Made by a program: the position numbers and the translations under genes
Notes under the pieces: model-generated
Seen by the model: only the letters and a program-made list of their open reading frames with translations
Databases searched by the model: none
Told to the model about the DNA's origin: nothing
In this document: positions 26,201 to 40,880 of the stretch, piece after piece
Layout of the letters: every line of letters begins with the position of its first letter
Position numbering within the stretch: position 1 is the first letter of the stretch
NCBI GenBank assembly: GCA_012295275.1
Contig: CM022665.1
Span: 31,372,001 to 31,436,000, forward strand
DNA length: 64,000 bases
Reading direction: 5' to 3'
Origin: Chrysomallon squamiferum
Lineage: Eukaryota; Animalia; Mollusca

Positions 26201-27016
26201 CTACAATTAGTTAATATTTAGTGCTTACATTATGTCATGATAATTTAAATAGAACATTTTCCAGTTTCATTATTTTAACAGTTTTGCATTTCAAAACCAT
26301 GTTATTATTATTATAAAATAACCATGACAAATATATTTTCTTTTTTAAAATGAAAAAGAACCCTTTTTATCTATATCAGTTTATTAATCATTAGAGATAA
26401 TATAACATTAACAAACATTTCATAAGACTGAGTCACTAAATGTTCATGTAATCAGTCTGACTGAAACATTAATGTTGCTAATATGGTTAAATTATGTAGG
26501 ATTGTTTTTTCTCCCAGACACCACAGAAATTCAGCAATACTGATAAACTTAGAAGCAATAACAAGAACATAAAAATAGTAATAAATAATAATTTTAAAAA
26601 AATAACTATAAATACATAATAAATCACTGATGAAGTTATAATAATAAAACTAAGTAAATAAATGAGTTAATAAGTGAACTGTGAATCAGTTTGTCTTTAA
26701 GATCAAAATAGCAAAAGAAAATATACTGTTATCTTTATGAAACTGACAGTGATATGTTAAAATGCTTTGGATACCTAGGCTAGGATCTAACTTAGATGAA
26801 CCCCAAACAATTATGTTTAGTAGCCACATAATGTTTTATATTTAATAACATGATGATTTGTAAGACATTATTTAAGTCCTACTGTTTAGGTTAAAGTTAT
26901 TATTAATGTAACTGCAAGTTTTCAAGTCACAACATATGAAATGTATGTGCCTGAAAATCTGATCCCATGTAGTTTAGGTAATGATGTTATAAATAATTGC
27001 ATATAAAATAGCTCAC

Positions 27017-27166
27017 CTTTCTCCACCTGGAGCTTAGGTTGTCAAGATCTTTCTGTATGTTTTCTCTGTCCAGGGCTGTCAGAGATTCTCGTTTCTGCAT
27101 CTGGACTCCATTTCTAACTACATCATTCAGAGTCTGCTGTCTAGATACAAGATCATCCTGTCTGTC
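27017..27166 (-). CDS. DMD: Dystrophin rod exon (human exon 47 equivalent)
   Basis: ccttcag|GAC ... AAG|gtgagc; 150 nt, phase 0->0; DRQDDLVSRQQTLNDVVRNGVQMQKRESLTALDRENIQKDLDNLSSRWRK. Confidence 0.95.
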
Positions 27167-27836
27167 CTGAAGGAATGGAAGATAAATATCATCTAACTGA
27201 ATTTGTAGTTGTAAATAATCATCTTATTTAAAAAAGATTCAAGTGAACACTGAGCTAAGCCTCATCAAAATTAATTTTATAAGATTTTTCAAAACACTCG
27301 AAGGCTTTGTAAACTGGATTCTAGATTTTGAATCATGCATCATTCAAAATATTATCTGCAGATGATAAAGTCATTTGAAAGCAAAAACAAATACGAATCA
27401 GTGAACTTTAGAAGTCTACCTATGTTGTCAACAAAGATTTGACCCACTGTTTTGTAATAACCCAGGGAAACAATAACGACCATTCTAGTGCTTCAGGTTT
27501 TCAAAGGCTAATTTCATAATGACTTTGAGAAATTGAGGTTTTCAGGTTATAGGTGTTTGAATTTTCAAAGGTCATTATTACTAGTGCACACATGAACTAA
27601 GGCTGGACCAGGCATTCACTTTGAGAGATAGAGCTGTTTGAAAGATTGAAGTTTGAATTTTTGAAACCTGACTGTACTTCATTTCATCACTGAACTTGAA
27701 AGATTTATTCTATTTGATGAAACAAGTAACAGATGTTTTTTTTATACATAAATAATTTATCACTCCCACATACTGCATCATAAAAAAAGTAAAAATAAAA
27801 ATTATGCTTAGAATTATTGATTAGAAAAGCTCCTAC

Positions 27837-27981
27837 TTTGACTTTTTCCATGAGTTCATCCAGGTATTCTTCATCTGGCCTGATAGATGAACTAAGAATA
27901 TTTTCTGTTTCATCTATCCAGAAAAATATCTCATCCATTTCATCAACGAAATCACTAGTGTTAACACTAGCATTTTCCAGT
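27837..27981 (-). CDS. DMD: Dystrophin rod exon (human exon 46 equivalent)
   Basis: tcttcag|A ... AAA|gtagga; 145 nt, phase 2->0; LENASVNTSDFVDEMDEIFFWIDETENILSSSIRPDEEYLDELMEKVK. Confidence 0.94.
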
Positions 27982-28039
27982 CTGAAGAAAAAGAACCACA
28001 CTATTTATGTATGTGTGTGTGTGTGTGTGTGTATATATA

Positions 28040-28175
28040 TTTATTTATTTATTTATTTATTTATTTAGTTGTTTGTTTAAGCAAATACTGGTTAATATAT
28101 ATATGAATAAATTAACCACTATTTGCTTAAACAAACAAACAAACAACTAACTAAATAAATAAATAAATAAATAAA
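28040..28175. repeat. Inverted repeat / hairpin
   Basis: 28071-28096 pairs with 28111-28136 (25/26 bp, 14-nt loop); extended by flanking (TTTA)n/(TAAA)n. Confidence 0.9.
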
Positions 28176-28801
28176 ATAAAACAAAATAAAAATAAACACC
28201 ACAATAAAACAAAAATAAAAACAAAAACTATACTAAACATTTATATAATTATATATCATTAGGTTGCAGACACACAGTTTACAAATGATAATATTACAAT
28301 ATAATCCCATTCACTGATACATAATAGTTTATATTTACTGATTATCATTAAGGAATTTTTTTAATACATTTTCTTAGGTAGGAAAGAACATACCCTAAGA
28401 TTTAATAATAATAAAAAAAAATAATCTAATGACATTATTTTATACTATTTAGATATTATTACAAAATGAAACTTTCAATGGACACACACACACACGCAAA
28501 TGCAAGTACATATACTCATACATGCACATACACTCACATAGTAATAAATGTATTAAAAACCCATAATCTGCATTTATGTCAAAGAGATAAAGTTTAATCT
28601 GCATTTATGTTGAAGGATTAATCATAAACAGTGCAAATTTAATTAATAAGATGTGTGTATGTGTGCATGTGTGCTTGGTATGTGGCATGTGTGTGTACAC
28701 ACACAACATAAATATGGCTTAGCTGAAATAGTTCATGCAGTCTTGGTTATGTTTGACTTATAATCCATACTATATAGTAGATGTAATGTCGAGTTAGTTA
28801 C

Positions 28802-28977
28802 CTGTCATGTCGCTCCAGAACATCACTGCACATTGCCTTCCATCTCTGATTGACTGTGTCCAGTTTGTCTCGCAATTTCTCAGAGTCTGGAGCAGCAGAC
28901 TGTCGAATTATTTCATTGCCAGCCGCATTCATTCCATTCACTGTTCCCTGGTGAAGACGAATGTTGTTCTCCAGCTC
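28802..28977 (-). CDS. DMD: Dystrophin rod exon (human exon 45 equivalent)
   Basis: cacaacag|GAG ... AG|gtaact; 176 nt, phase 0->2; ELENNIRLHQGTVNGMNAAGNEIIRQSAAPDSEKLRDKLDTVNQRWKAMCSDVLERHD(R) (cf. LNATGEEIIQQSSKTDASILQEKLGSLNLRW). Confidence 0.96.
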
Positions 28978-30635
28978 CTGTTGTGAAGAAATAATAATAA
29001 TATATTCATAAATAATTTTAGTTTATATACATATATTTTCTTTATGATAACAACATTTTTTAAAAAACTGTATCATCATTTTTAGGTTTTAATGTTTTGG
29101 TGAAGACAGTTCAGCTCAGAAATAAATAAAAACAAAAATATATTTAATTTTAGATATTTTTTAAAACAATTTTTATCATTTTTAAAAAGATACAGAGGAG
29201 ATGCAGATTTTCAGTATACATTATTATAACCTATATTAAATATTCTAAATAATTTGCCTCATAAATTTAGAACAGAAACCCCACATTATCTTGATCTTTG
29301 AATAAAAAAGAAGAAATAAAGAAATTAAAAAGAAATTTAAAAAAAAGCAAAACAGAAGGTAAAAATCTGCAAATTATAACCAAACGTACCCACAATATAT
29401 TTGTACAACAAAGTTACATTTAAAACAGTTGTTGTAGATACACATTCAGTACAATCATGTACACAACATGAATATGGTTTATATCAAACAATTCAAGATA
29501 GCTTCATAAAATTCAAATATATTACACTTTACTGTATTACAAAGCAAAGTTTAATAGAAGCTATAAATATTTTAAATTATTAACTATTAAGATCTTGCTA
29601 ATCTAAATATAGCTAATATAAAGCAATTTTTCTCTGGTTATTATTTTAAACTTTATCTTTTAGATAATTCTACTATTTTAGGTTAGCAAAGGAAAGCCAT
29701 CACTGATAAAAAATAAAAAAATATTTATTTATAAAACAAGCTTTCTACAAGTGTGGCTTAGTCAGTAACCAAAACACAGTATTATTAAGTTTAAGAGTGA
29801 AATAAAAAAGTGTAAAATATTTTGAAAAAAATAAACAAGATACTGAAGTAGAAATATTTAGTAAAAAAGGATTTATTAGAATAAAGTAATAGTTTATAAA
29901 GAAATTATTCTTTATTTAAAAAAAATATATATTAACTTAAAAATAATTATAACTACTATTATTTTTGTATTCATTTATGTAATCTTATTGCATAGTAATT
30001 AGTAAATTAAGTATCATTTTTGAATTATGTATTTAAGAAATGTTTTATATAATCACAGTAACAACAATAACAACAACAGTTATTATTATTATTCTTGTAT
30101 TTACATGTATTTACTGAACTGTAATTATCAGGATAAAATCTCTAAATTTATTTAATAAATAAATAAATAATAATCAGCAGCACCATCATCATCTTCATCA
30201 CATATTAAGTCATATATGTATTTACTAGATTGTAATTTTCAAGGTAAGATGTCTAACTTTTATAAATGAACAAACAAACAATTTATCATCAGCATTATCA
30301 TCATCATCATATAGTAATATGCCAATATAATATATCAGGATTACTTTTTTATTTTGTACTTAAGAAAAAAAAAAGTTCTTTCTTCAACTCTCAATCAAGA
30401 AACAGCTGACCTCTGTTTTTCCCTGTTATGATAAACAGAGATAAAATCAACAGTGTAGGTTTACAGTGAAGCTCTATCAATAATTTTATCAGTTACTTAT
30501 ACTTCACTGATAACCTGTGAGTGAAGTGGTAAAAACAACAAAGAGGTAAAAAAAAAGAATTCCCACAACCCTACTATTTTCAAATGATGGGCAAAATTAT
30601 AAATAATTTGAAACTTAATACAAATACATGTTATT

Positions 30636-31003
30636 TATTTATTTATATGTTTTGGTTTTATTTGTAAATTTTTTCTTCTTATATACAATGATTTTCTTTA
30701 AGGATCCAATACAAATGATTTTTTCTGTGTGTTATCTAATCAAATTATTTCATTGACATTTTTTTCAGTTTTCATGGTTAAAAGAGAACTTTTTTCCCCT
30801 ACACAAGGTCTTGTTTATGTATTTATTTATATGTTTTGGTTTTATTTGTAAATTTTTTCTTCTTATATACAATGATTTTCTTTAAGGATCCAATACAAAT
30901 GATTTTTTCTGTGTGTTATCTAATCAAATTATTTCATTGACATTTTTTTCAGTTTTCATGGTTAAAAGAGAACTTTTTTCCCCTACACAAGGTCTTGTTT
31001 ATG
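30636..31003. repeat. Tandem duplication, 2 x 184 bp
   Basis: 30636-30819 is repeated at 30820-31003 (GGATCC at 30702 and 30886); no differences seen by eye. Confidence 0.95.
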
Positions 31004-31371
31004 ACAAAAACAGGCAAAGATCATTTTTTTCCCCTTAATATTAATATTTTGTTGTTTGCTTAAAAAAATAATTGGAGTATGAAATATTATTCAAATCATG
31101 AATTATGCCACAACTTTGTGAATTCAGTGTATTTTTCAAAATATATCACTCTCACACACACACACATGAATGCACATGCACACATACAAAAAATTATTAA
31201 GTGAATTAATTATTTGTCCTAGATCAGAAAACAGACCAGACATCTATGTCAGTGGATAATAAATAAATAAATAAAAATATTTCTCTATAAAATTTATTTA
31301 GCCAGTAATAAAAGCCTTTAAACCAGCTTTCCTCTTGATAAAAATTAAGACTGAAAATTCATTAAACTTAC

Positions 31372-31398
31372 AGGATAAAGCCTCCAGATCCAACTCAT
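31372..31398 (-). CDS. Putative alternative first coding exon in the intron-44 equivalent
   Basis: ATG AGT TGG ATC TGG AGG CTT TAT CCT|gtaagt; MSWIWRLYP; phase 0 matches the exon-45 equivalent. Confidence 0.4.
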
Positions 31399-32492
31399 GA
31401 CTTTTCTAACACACACAACAGCAAATAAATGACTTTTGTCACATGTACACAACAGCAATAACCTCCACTATTTGACTTTCATTCATAAAAATGAGAACTG
31501 CGCCAGCTGGTGGTGTCATAATCCATATAATCCCTAATCTTGCAAAATGGAATGACCCATATTCATACTGTTATCGTGCTAACCTGGGCAAAAGGTGTTA
31601 GACAGGTAACACAATAATATTCCACATGTACGTGATCTTCAGCACAGGTTGTAGATTTTAATAATTAAAAATGCTACCTCAATTCCAGAGTCCAGGCTAC
31701 CTTTTAAGTGTTTAAAAAAAAAAAAAAATACAAAAAAACTATATAGTATTTTACTGATTTATTATATATCTGTTAATAATATATATATGGTTTTAATTTA
31801 TTTTTATTTATTTACAGAGTTATTAATATATATTTAAGTATTTGTATTAATTTTATATTTTATTATATTTACTTATGCATAATTTAACTTATTCTAATTT
31901 AACATATTTACTTAGAAATTTATTTGTTATTTATGTGTACTTTTATTTTTTTTTATTAATTATTTATTTACTCACAAGTTTACTAATTTATCTGTTATTT
32001 ATGTATACTTTTATATTTATTTGTGTGCTACTGATGTAAATTGTTAATTTATATTTACCTGCATAATTACTCGGAATCTATTTATTTGTAATGCTATTTT
32101 ATCTATTTGTATTCTTCAAAAATTATTTAATTTATTTGGTTATTGAATTATTTATATATATATTGTTAAATTGTAATATTAATGTGCCCTACTATAAAAC
32201 AAACTCAAATATAATATATCAGATAGATAATCATACTTTTGGTCTGTTTTTTTATATTTCTTTCATTTAATTACCATTACACAATCCCACCTTTTAATTT
32301 ATTTTACAGAACAATTATTATATTATAATGAAGTTTTACTAAATAGTCATGAATTAAGTCACTGAAATTCTTAAATTTAACACATTAAACCTATAAGTAA
32401 TCATGTTTGAGATGTGATACTTGACCTACAATGACTAACTAGCACAACAGTTTTATAAGATTAGACTTGAGCTAAATAACGGGACATTCTAA

Positions 32493-32810
32493 AGATAATA
32501 AAAATCAGTACAGAGATACATAGGAATGTTTTTACATACAATCTAATAAGATTTGGTCAACTATTTTTAACAGATATATAGTAAAATAATTATGACTACC
32601 CTTAAGATTGATAAAATTAGAAAACATTGTTACAAAAAACACTTTAACACAGATAATAAAAATCAGTACAGAGATACATAGGAATGTTTTTACATACAAT
32701 CTAATAAGATTTGGTCAACTATTTTTAACAGATATATAGTAAAATAATTATGACTACCCTTAAGATTGATAAAATTAGAAAACATTGTTACAAAAAACAC
32801 TTTAACACAG
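32493..32810. repeat. Tandem duplication, 2 x 158 bp
   Basis: agataataaaaatcagtacagag... starts at both 32493 and 32651; AG microhomology at the junction. Confidence 0.95.
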
Positions 32811-35800
32811 CCACTTGTTTATAGAAGATTCTTTAACATCACATGTCGTTATATTTTGTACTAAGAATATATGAATATATGCTCAGCAGTACCTTGTAAT
32901 GTTTTAATATTAAGATTATAGATGTAAGGAAACCTTTTGTAAACTTTTGCATGTTTACCTGTATTAATTTTCTGCCCAAAAACCTTTATTATGCACATGT
33001 TCAAACCATATAGATAGCACATACCATGTTCTTGTACAAACCAGTGGTACAGCTTTCCTTAGTAAACTGCTTCAAACCAGTTAAAACCACTGAACTACAA
33101 TCTACTCCCTGCAATATCTTAAAAGATATATTTAAAAATATTTTATTACTTTTTACATTTTTTCTTTCTTTCTTTAAATTCTACTTTTTTTTTTTCTTTT
33201 TTTTTATTTATTCGTATTCTTTTCTTTTTCTTTCTTTTTTCTTAGTAACAGATTACAACAATTATTTACAGTTTTAAAATAGTTACCTATGTTAGTCCTC
33301 TACGCTGTGTTTAATTTTATTTAAATTTGTTTTGATAATAAGTAGCTATCTCATCTCTTTGTATTTGAGATGTTCTATGCTCATTCATTAAAACATGCTG
33401 CACCAATTTTAACATGGGATAAATATAATTTTTTTTAAAATAAATAAGAAACATAATCTTAAATAATTGTTGAATACTCATTCATTCATTTATTCAAAGT
33501 ATGTATACTCAAACATCACATCCTGAATAGAAATCTAATTAAGGTGAAAAAATAAAAAGAATAACAAAACAGCAAAAAAAATAATAAAAAAATAAAAAAA
33601 CAACAACAACAAACAACAAACTAAACTCATAAATAAAACAAAACATTATAGATCCATAAAACAAAGCTTTCCAAAGGCAGGTTAGGTTAGGTTAAGTGAC
33701 CCTTAACAGTGGAATCATTATCTTAAATCCACTCCCATACAGCTCTTTTCAACTAGTATTTGTGATAACTGTATATGTGAAAGTACACACAAAAGATATC
33801 ATACTACATGTCAATAGGGACTTGTCATGCTTGGTCAGTTTTGTGATTAACACATGTCAGAAATGACCCATGCCCATTACCAGTGAACAGTCCTATTGTG
33901 TGGATTCAGGTTTCTTGTCTAAAGCAAGTGTTATGATAGAAATAATTATACCTGTTGACTTGACTGGAAAATTGTTTGTTAACTTTCAACACCACACTTC
34001 ACTGTTTATGAATGGTTAAAAAGTGTTCTTTACATTTTCATTTAATGTTCTTTGTATTTTTATTTATGGTGTAAATTTGTCTGTGTTAAAAGACATTCTT
34101 GTATTTTTAAATGTTAATACCAAATAATACATAACATTAAATACACAGTATTACAATTAATATGTTTAATATCTCCAAATATCAAATTAAACTTTACAGA
34201 CACTAACAACACAATTCTTCTTTTCTCAATGCTAAGGTATAACTTGTAATTTAACCTGTGAAAATTAAACTTGAATGAACACATTGTGTATATAGTCTAT
34301 TGGTACATCTAACAATAAATACTCGAATTGAACAAATTAAAATACACACAAACACCCTTTTTCTTACATATCAAAAATTCTCAAACTAGTTAAGTACTTC
34401 AGTAATTTGTATTATTTTTTGTGCAATCTTTTTTTTTTTTAAATCAAATTTACAAAACAATGTGTTTGATATCAAATTTAATAAAATGATTATATAATTT
34501 TCATTTTCCCATGAATATATATTTTATCTAGTAATACTATCTATATATAACAATTTTTTTTCAATTTTTTTTTTTCAATCAGTAAATAATTATAATGTAC
34601 ATAGTTTATACATTTTATCTTGTTTCTGAATATCAGAATTTTATTTGATATTTATTGAATGATGGAACTCAGATGGTTGTGACACATAATTTCATTTTAT
34701 TTAACATTATTTAAATTACATAACTGCTGCTGGTTATGATAAATATATTTCTGAATTTAAAAAAACAAAAAAAACAACAACAACCACACCCAAACACATA
34801 CAAATATTTCATGACTTTTTAAATACATATAGTATGTGTATGTATGTGTGTGTATTATAAATAATTCATGTATACATATACAATTATACAGAATCATTTT
34901 CTATTTTTGCACTGTTTTACAAATTATATATATATATTTTTTTAACTTAAATTTATCTGCCTTTGTCAATTTAAATGTCTAAATAGGCTTTTCCTTTAGT
35001 ACATTTGTTTCTGGATTTGAATTTCACCTTTCAAAAAGACCCTAACCTGTTAACCACAGAACATGGAAGGATTATATTCACTGTCTTGCAAACAAACCAC
35101 GGAAATATTATACAGTTATAAGCTGTTGAGTATGTGAATATCACCTGAACTGAAATAACTAATTATCCCTGTGCAAACAGATTAGGAAAGGAATATTCCA
35201 TAATCCTTTCTGTGGTAAAAGTGACAATGTATGCTGTGTACTATTGATTCATTTTTAAGTCCAAATTTATGGCTGCTCGTTTGTTCACTTTGTCACGTTT
35301 GTTCTGTAATAAACTTTTGCAGACCAAGTCTGTTGCATATGCTGTGCACTAGTTGCATGTATAATAAACATCACAATAGCTAATGTTGGAGGTTTGTGAA
35401 CAACCAACCATTCATTGATTACAACAGCTGTTTAAAAATGATGGGAAATATTTTTTTTTGTTAAATTCCATGGTTGTAGCTGTGGTCAGTGGTTTTAGTA
35501 CAGGCCTGAGATGGGACAGGTCCTTAGTGGACCATGGAAAGTAATTGATTCAAATTATACAATTATCCATCCACAGTTTGTTTCATAACCATTTTAATAT
35601 AAGAATAAACATAGGGATATTTTTAGGTTTCATTTATTATATGTTAATAAACAGCTATTATTTGAAGCAAATACGATTACTCTTCTTTTATAAATAAAAA
35701 AAATAAAAAAAGGTCTTTCAAGATAATTTTCATTCAGTTTATGAAAGAAAAATATCAGTCATTTTCCTGTATACAGCACTCAGAGTTCATCAGTTTTTTT

Positions 35801-36642
35801 TAACTGACCACATTTGTAGAACACTGAAACATCCTTGTCTATATAGTAGACAATTTCTAGTACATGAACATATTTAATTGGTTACATCTGTTTTTCTTTG
35901 TGTTTTAAAATTAATTTTATCTTTATTAACCATACATTATTTTCTACTTCAACTGGTTAAATTATTATTAAGTTTATTTATTTATTTTCGTAAAGAAAAT
36001 TATTTTTTAATTTAAGAAAACAAGTAGAACTTGTTTGAACACAGATGTAAAAATAAACTGGTGACAGTGATAAAGCTTCAGGAAAAGGTAATCTGTTTTC
36101 ACAAAGGAAATCATTACAAACTAAGCTTTGTCAGGACAGGATGAACAGTCTGACTAGAAAATGTAATAAACTAATGTTACAGTTATGTTTCACATTTTTT
36201 TAAAGTCTCCGAATTAAATATCCAACATAAACTCATAACAATAACCAAAATATAAAGCATCAGCAACATTGAACTTAAGTATCTTTTCAAGGCTTTTGTC
36301 CACAAATGACAATATTATATAATATTATCTATCAAGATGCCCATATATATAAGGGTATGATGATCTTCATACATTTTTTATGATTTAAATTTTTTTAAAT
36401 GTTTTAAATAGCATAAATATTCTTACAAGATCCAAACGAGAAGTATTAGCAAGGTTTAAGATTTGTAACTTTTCAAAATGTTTATCCACAATTTCAAATA
36501 CAGAATACCTTGAAAGAGGCCTTCAGGATTATACTATCATGATGAAAACATTCTTACAGACATTATTAAATATTGTTCATAAATACATTTTTTCTATGAT
36601 TCCAGATTATTAAAATATTCTGTATGTTAAAATTATTCTTAC

Positions 36643-36784
36643 CAAATAGAGCTGATCTGCTGTCTGGAAGTCACTGGCAGTCTTTGCTTCTGACAAAGTT
36701 TTTTCTGCCAAGTCCAGCCATGTTGTCAGTTCCTTCAAATCATTGTGGAACAAACGCCATTGTTCCATTGCTTTTGCCCATCTC
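36643..36784 (-). CDS. DMD: Dystrophin rod exon (human exon 44 equivalent)
   Basis: ttctatag|G ... TTG|gtaaga; 142 nt, phase 2->0; RWAKAMEQWRLFHNDLKELTTWLDLAEKTLSEAKTASDFQTADQLYL (cf. human SVEKWRRFHYDIKIFNQWLTEAE). Not in the ORF track. Confidence 0.95.
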
Positions 36785-39700
36785 CTATAGAAGAAAGTAA
36801 CAGATTATTAATTTTCAGTAGTAATAATAAAATTGTCAAATAAAAATGTTGGAACTGTTTTAAGATTTTATTCCAGACAGGCAGACACACATAGATACAG
36901 ATACAGTCACATAATATGACATTTCTATTAAAACAAGATTGATTTTGAAATAAATACTTAATGGCTGGTTACTTTTTAGTGAACAGGATTTTAAAAATAC
37001 AAATTAATCACAGTGCATTAATAAAATATATAAAAGTAACAGGAAAAAAATTCTACAAAACAAAATAGTTACAATTATCATTAAGTATTTTAAAATCTAA
37101 AATAAGAACAATATTTTAAAAAATTATAGCCAACTTTATATCTGAATAGACAGGTATTTCCTTTAAGAAACAAAATACTGTATTCAAAAATGAAGTGTTT
37201 TAGCCATCCAAAGAAAACAATAAAATACATATTGTATTTAAAAAACCTCATATGTATACAAACCTAATGAAGTTATTAAAATTCATTTTAAAACAAAACT
37301 CCAAAGAAAATACAAATGCAGTTAATGATAAACCAAACACCTGAGAATAACACAATAACCAGCATCAATTTGAAAACTGAATAAATTACATGTCTCTATA
37401 TATATATATACATGTGTGATAAAATCAAAACAGAGCTCTACAATAACCTGAGACTTGCAGAGCTGAATATGAGGATTAGAATCATAAACTGCATGTACAC
37501 CAAGATAATATTCCAGTAAAAGAGATAAATGGTATTTTCTTCATTATTACAGTGAACAGGTCAGTGGAGAAAAGGAAAAGGTAAGAGTCTAAGACTAATA
37601 CAATTATTGATTTGCAGCAAATAACTGTGAAATAATTTTAAAAAATCTCAGTGATATGTCTGATAAAAGAAGAAAAAATTTATTTGTCAGAGGAATTTTA
37701 TTTTGCTTATAATAAAAAAGTAGAAGAAAAAAAAATGATATCAGAAAAATAAGGATTATATAAAAATGTCATATAATACCACTTATATAGTTTTTATATC
37801 ATAATGTAATTTTATATATTAGATTTGCTAATAAACAATTAGACTGGCTAACATACACACTAGTAAATTAAATTATACTGTTTCATAACCTTTTTTGTAA
37901 ATTGAAGTAAATAAGTATATGTATATAGTTGTGTTTTTATATGTGATTATGTGTGTGTGCACAAGTGTACATGAGTCTGTACATGTGAATATTTACCCAG
38001 GTATTTGTGTGTGTATGTACGTGCATTTTACTAAGCTAACTGCCTTTTCCAGATGTAAATACTAACTTATTTCATATTTATCACAATCTATTTCTTTACT
38101 AGTCTTAATATGAACTTAATATGAACTTTGTATACTTAATCAACAATTTAAAAAGTAAATATACATTTCATTTCATATGAAAAAATAATGAGACATAAAT
38201 TTATAAAAAAAGCCACTGCAATTAACAAAAATAATGAACATATTTTATTTTATTTTTATTATCTGTAGTTTTTAAAAATACATTAAAATAAAAATACCTC
38301 AGACAGCTGTCGTAACTGTAATTCATGAGGACAGGTAGCAGACATAAGTTTTATTTTTGTCTCAGTTCACATACAACTGTCCTGCAAATGTTCAACAAAT
38401 AACAGCTAAAACCTTCTACTTGAAGTTTAATCCTCTCCGATATGTTAATGTGTTTCTTCCACTTGATTCGAAGTTGACAGTGGCCTTATAATCCTGACCA
38501 CAGTTAATCTCAGAAATTGCTGGATCAAACAATGTCATACAACTTATCAGTTTATAGACAAAACCTGAAGATGGGATTTTTAAAAAGTCAACATCTTCAC
38601 CTAAATAATGGATTTTATTTAATACAAGGTAAACAATTTGTTTGTATTGTTAGTGTAATTGTGATGTGGATTTATTTTGTGTTATTTATTACTAAGTGAA
38701 CACTACAGGCCTGTTATAGATAACCATCTTTTTTTAATTTTTAATCATGTTTCAGGTTAAACATAACTTTTTTTTAACATCTTACAATTTTTTTTTCTAA
38801 CATTTAGTGTAATTCAGCTATTTTATAGAGTGTGTTTTTTTTATTTGTTTTTTTAAATAAATGTTCCTGAGTGCACATATTTTCAGATGTCTTAAATACC
38901 TTGTTTTTATTTGTTAATAAATTTCTTTAAGTAATGGTTTCTGATTAGTAGATCAAAGGAAACTGCATACCTACACAAGAAAACATTGCTGTTTAAATGG
39001 ATTTCCAGTTATATCTTAACATGGATTTTTTTTTTTCCCATAATAAAAACCTTTATGATTATATGTTTTTGTGACTTCCTGCTTTGTGAAATATGTCGCA
39101 ATTAAAGTAAGATTTGTTTTTAATGTAAAAGTAGAAAAAAAAAAAAAATTATGAGTTATAATGAGATACATTTGATCTTTTAGATTCATGACATGTTTAT
39201 TTTACACACATACTCAAACACATACATATCCTTGCCAATACACATGTGTACATGTGCCTGCAGAAAAGCATGAATGTGTGCACAAAGTGCAGACACTTGC
39301 ATACACACATTCACTAATGCATGTGCTGATGTAAATATGATTATTATTGGAAATATATTAAGTGACAGTTTTAAAAAGATTATTTCTTAAGTATAAATTC
39401 ATGTAAACACATATATGCAAAATAAACAATTGTACATTGAAGATGTTAACGAATATCTAAATTTTGTCAAAGGTAATTAAATAGGTACTAATAAAATGAG
39501 TTATTTAATACAGTTAATTTGATATTTATTGTATTATATTCTTAGTCAATATAATATTAAATGATGATAATTTATGTATTAAGCCCAGATGACCCACGAA
39601 GAAACTGGCACAATGCAATAACAAACACAATTTGTACTGAATTTTGACACCACACACACATCAATATTATGACTGGTAATATATCAAATTACAACAATAA

Positions 39701-40736
39701 AAAGGTGGTTTCATAAATTTGATAACATTTCAGATTAATTAACAATAATTGAACTATTACACTATTTTTAAATTGATTACAATTAGCACATTTTGTTACA
39801 GGTGTAAAAATAACTGCATGGTAAGTCTGTCATAAACTAATATACCTGTTCATGCCATTATACATAAACCCAAGATAAACAAGAAACAGAAAGTCTCAAA
39901 TTTGAAATCAATACAAGCAGCTTTAGAATTGTACAAACAAGCAGCAGATAACATGTCTTTGTAATCAGGGACTAGCAAGGATAGGTATGCCAGTGATTTA
40001 TTTGTGTGATATGTCACACATTTGTGATGATTAAAAAATAATCTATTTCAATTGGAAACAAGATATATATTGAAGTTTGATGGATATACTGGATAAGGGC
40101 AAGAGATTAGCACAAATGAACTATTATAAAATCACCTGGCAGTGATAAATTTGGATTGTTCAACAATGTAATAGTGTTTTAATTTAAGAATTATTATAGA
40201 ATTTAGATTGGAAAAGATTTAATCACCACCGATATCTCTGAAGATTTTTTGATCTAATTTTCTGTTCCAGCCATTTAATGTTTAACCTAAATATACTGGC
40301 ATAATTTAATGAATTTATAAAATCATAAGTGATATAATTCCTTCATGTAAGATGTTTGAAATTACTTAACTGTCAAAAATTCCTCAAGTTACAGAGGTAT
40401 ATGTATATGAATGTATATTGCCATAGGCTTATGACCCAAAAGGCTTCTTGCTGCTGACCTAAAACTAATGGACTCTGCCTTTGTCATTATGATTTTTAAA
40501 AATTATTATTCAGATTAAAACCAATAGATTTTTCTTCCTGAAACTGAGATATCTGTATCTGATATTGATTGCTGTCTGGCCTGAAGAATAACATCCAAAT
40601 TCATTTGCCAAAAAAAAAAAGAATTAGGAAAAAAAGAAGAAAATCCTGTTTATACAGGTACTGGATTGGGATACTGACATTTGTAGTTGTTGACAAGACA
40701 CAACATTATATATAAAGAAAAAATTATTATAATTTA

Positions 40737-40880
<144 letters not shown>

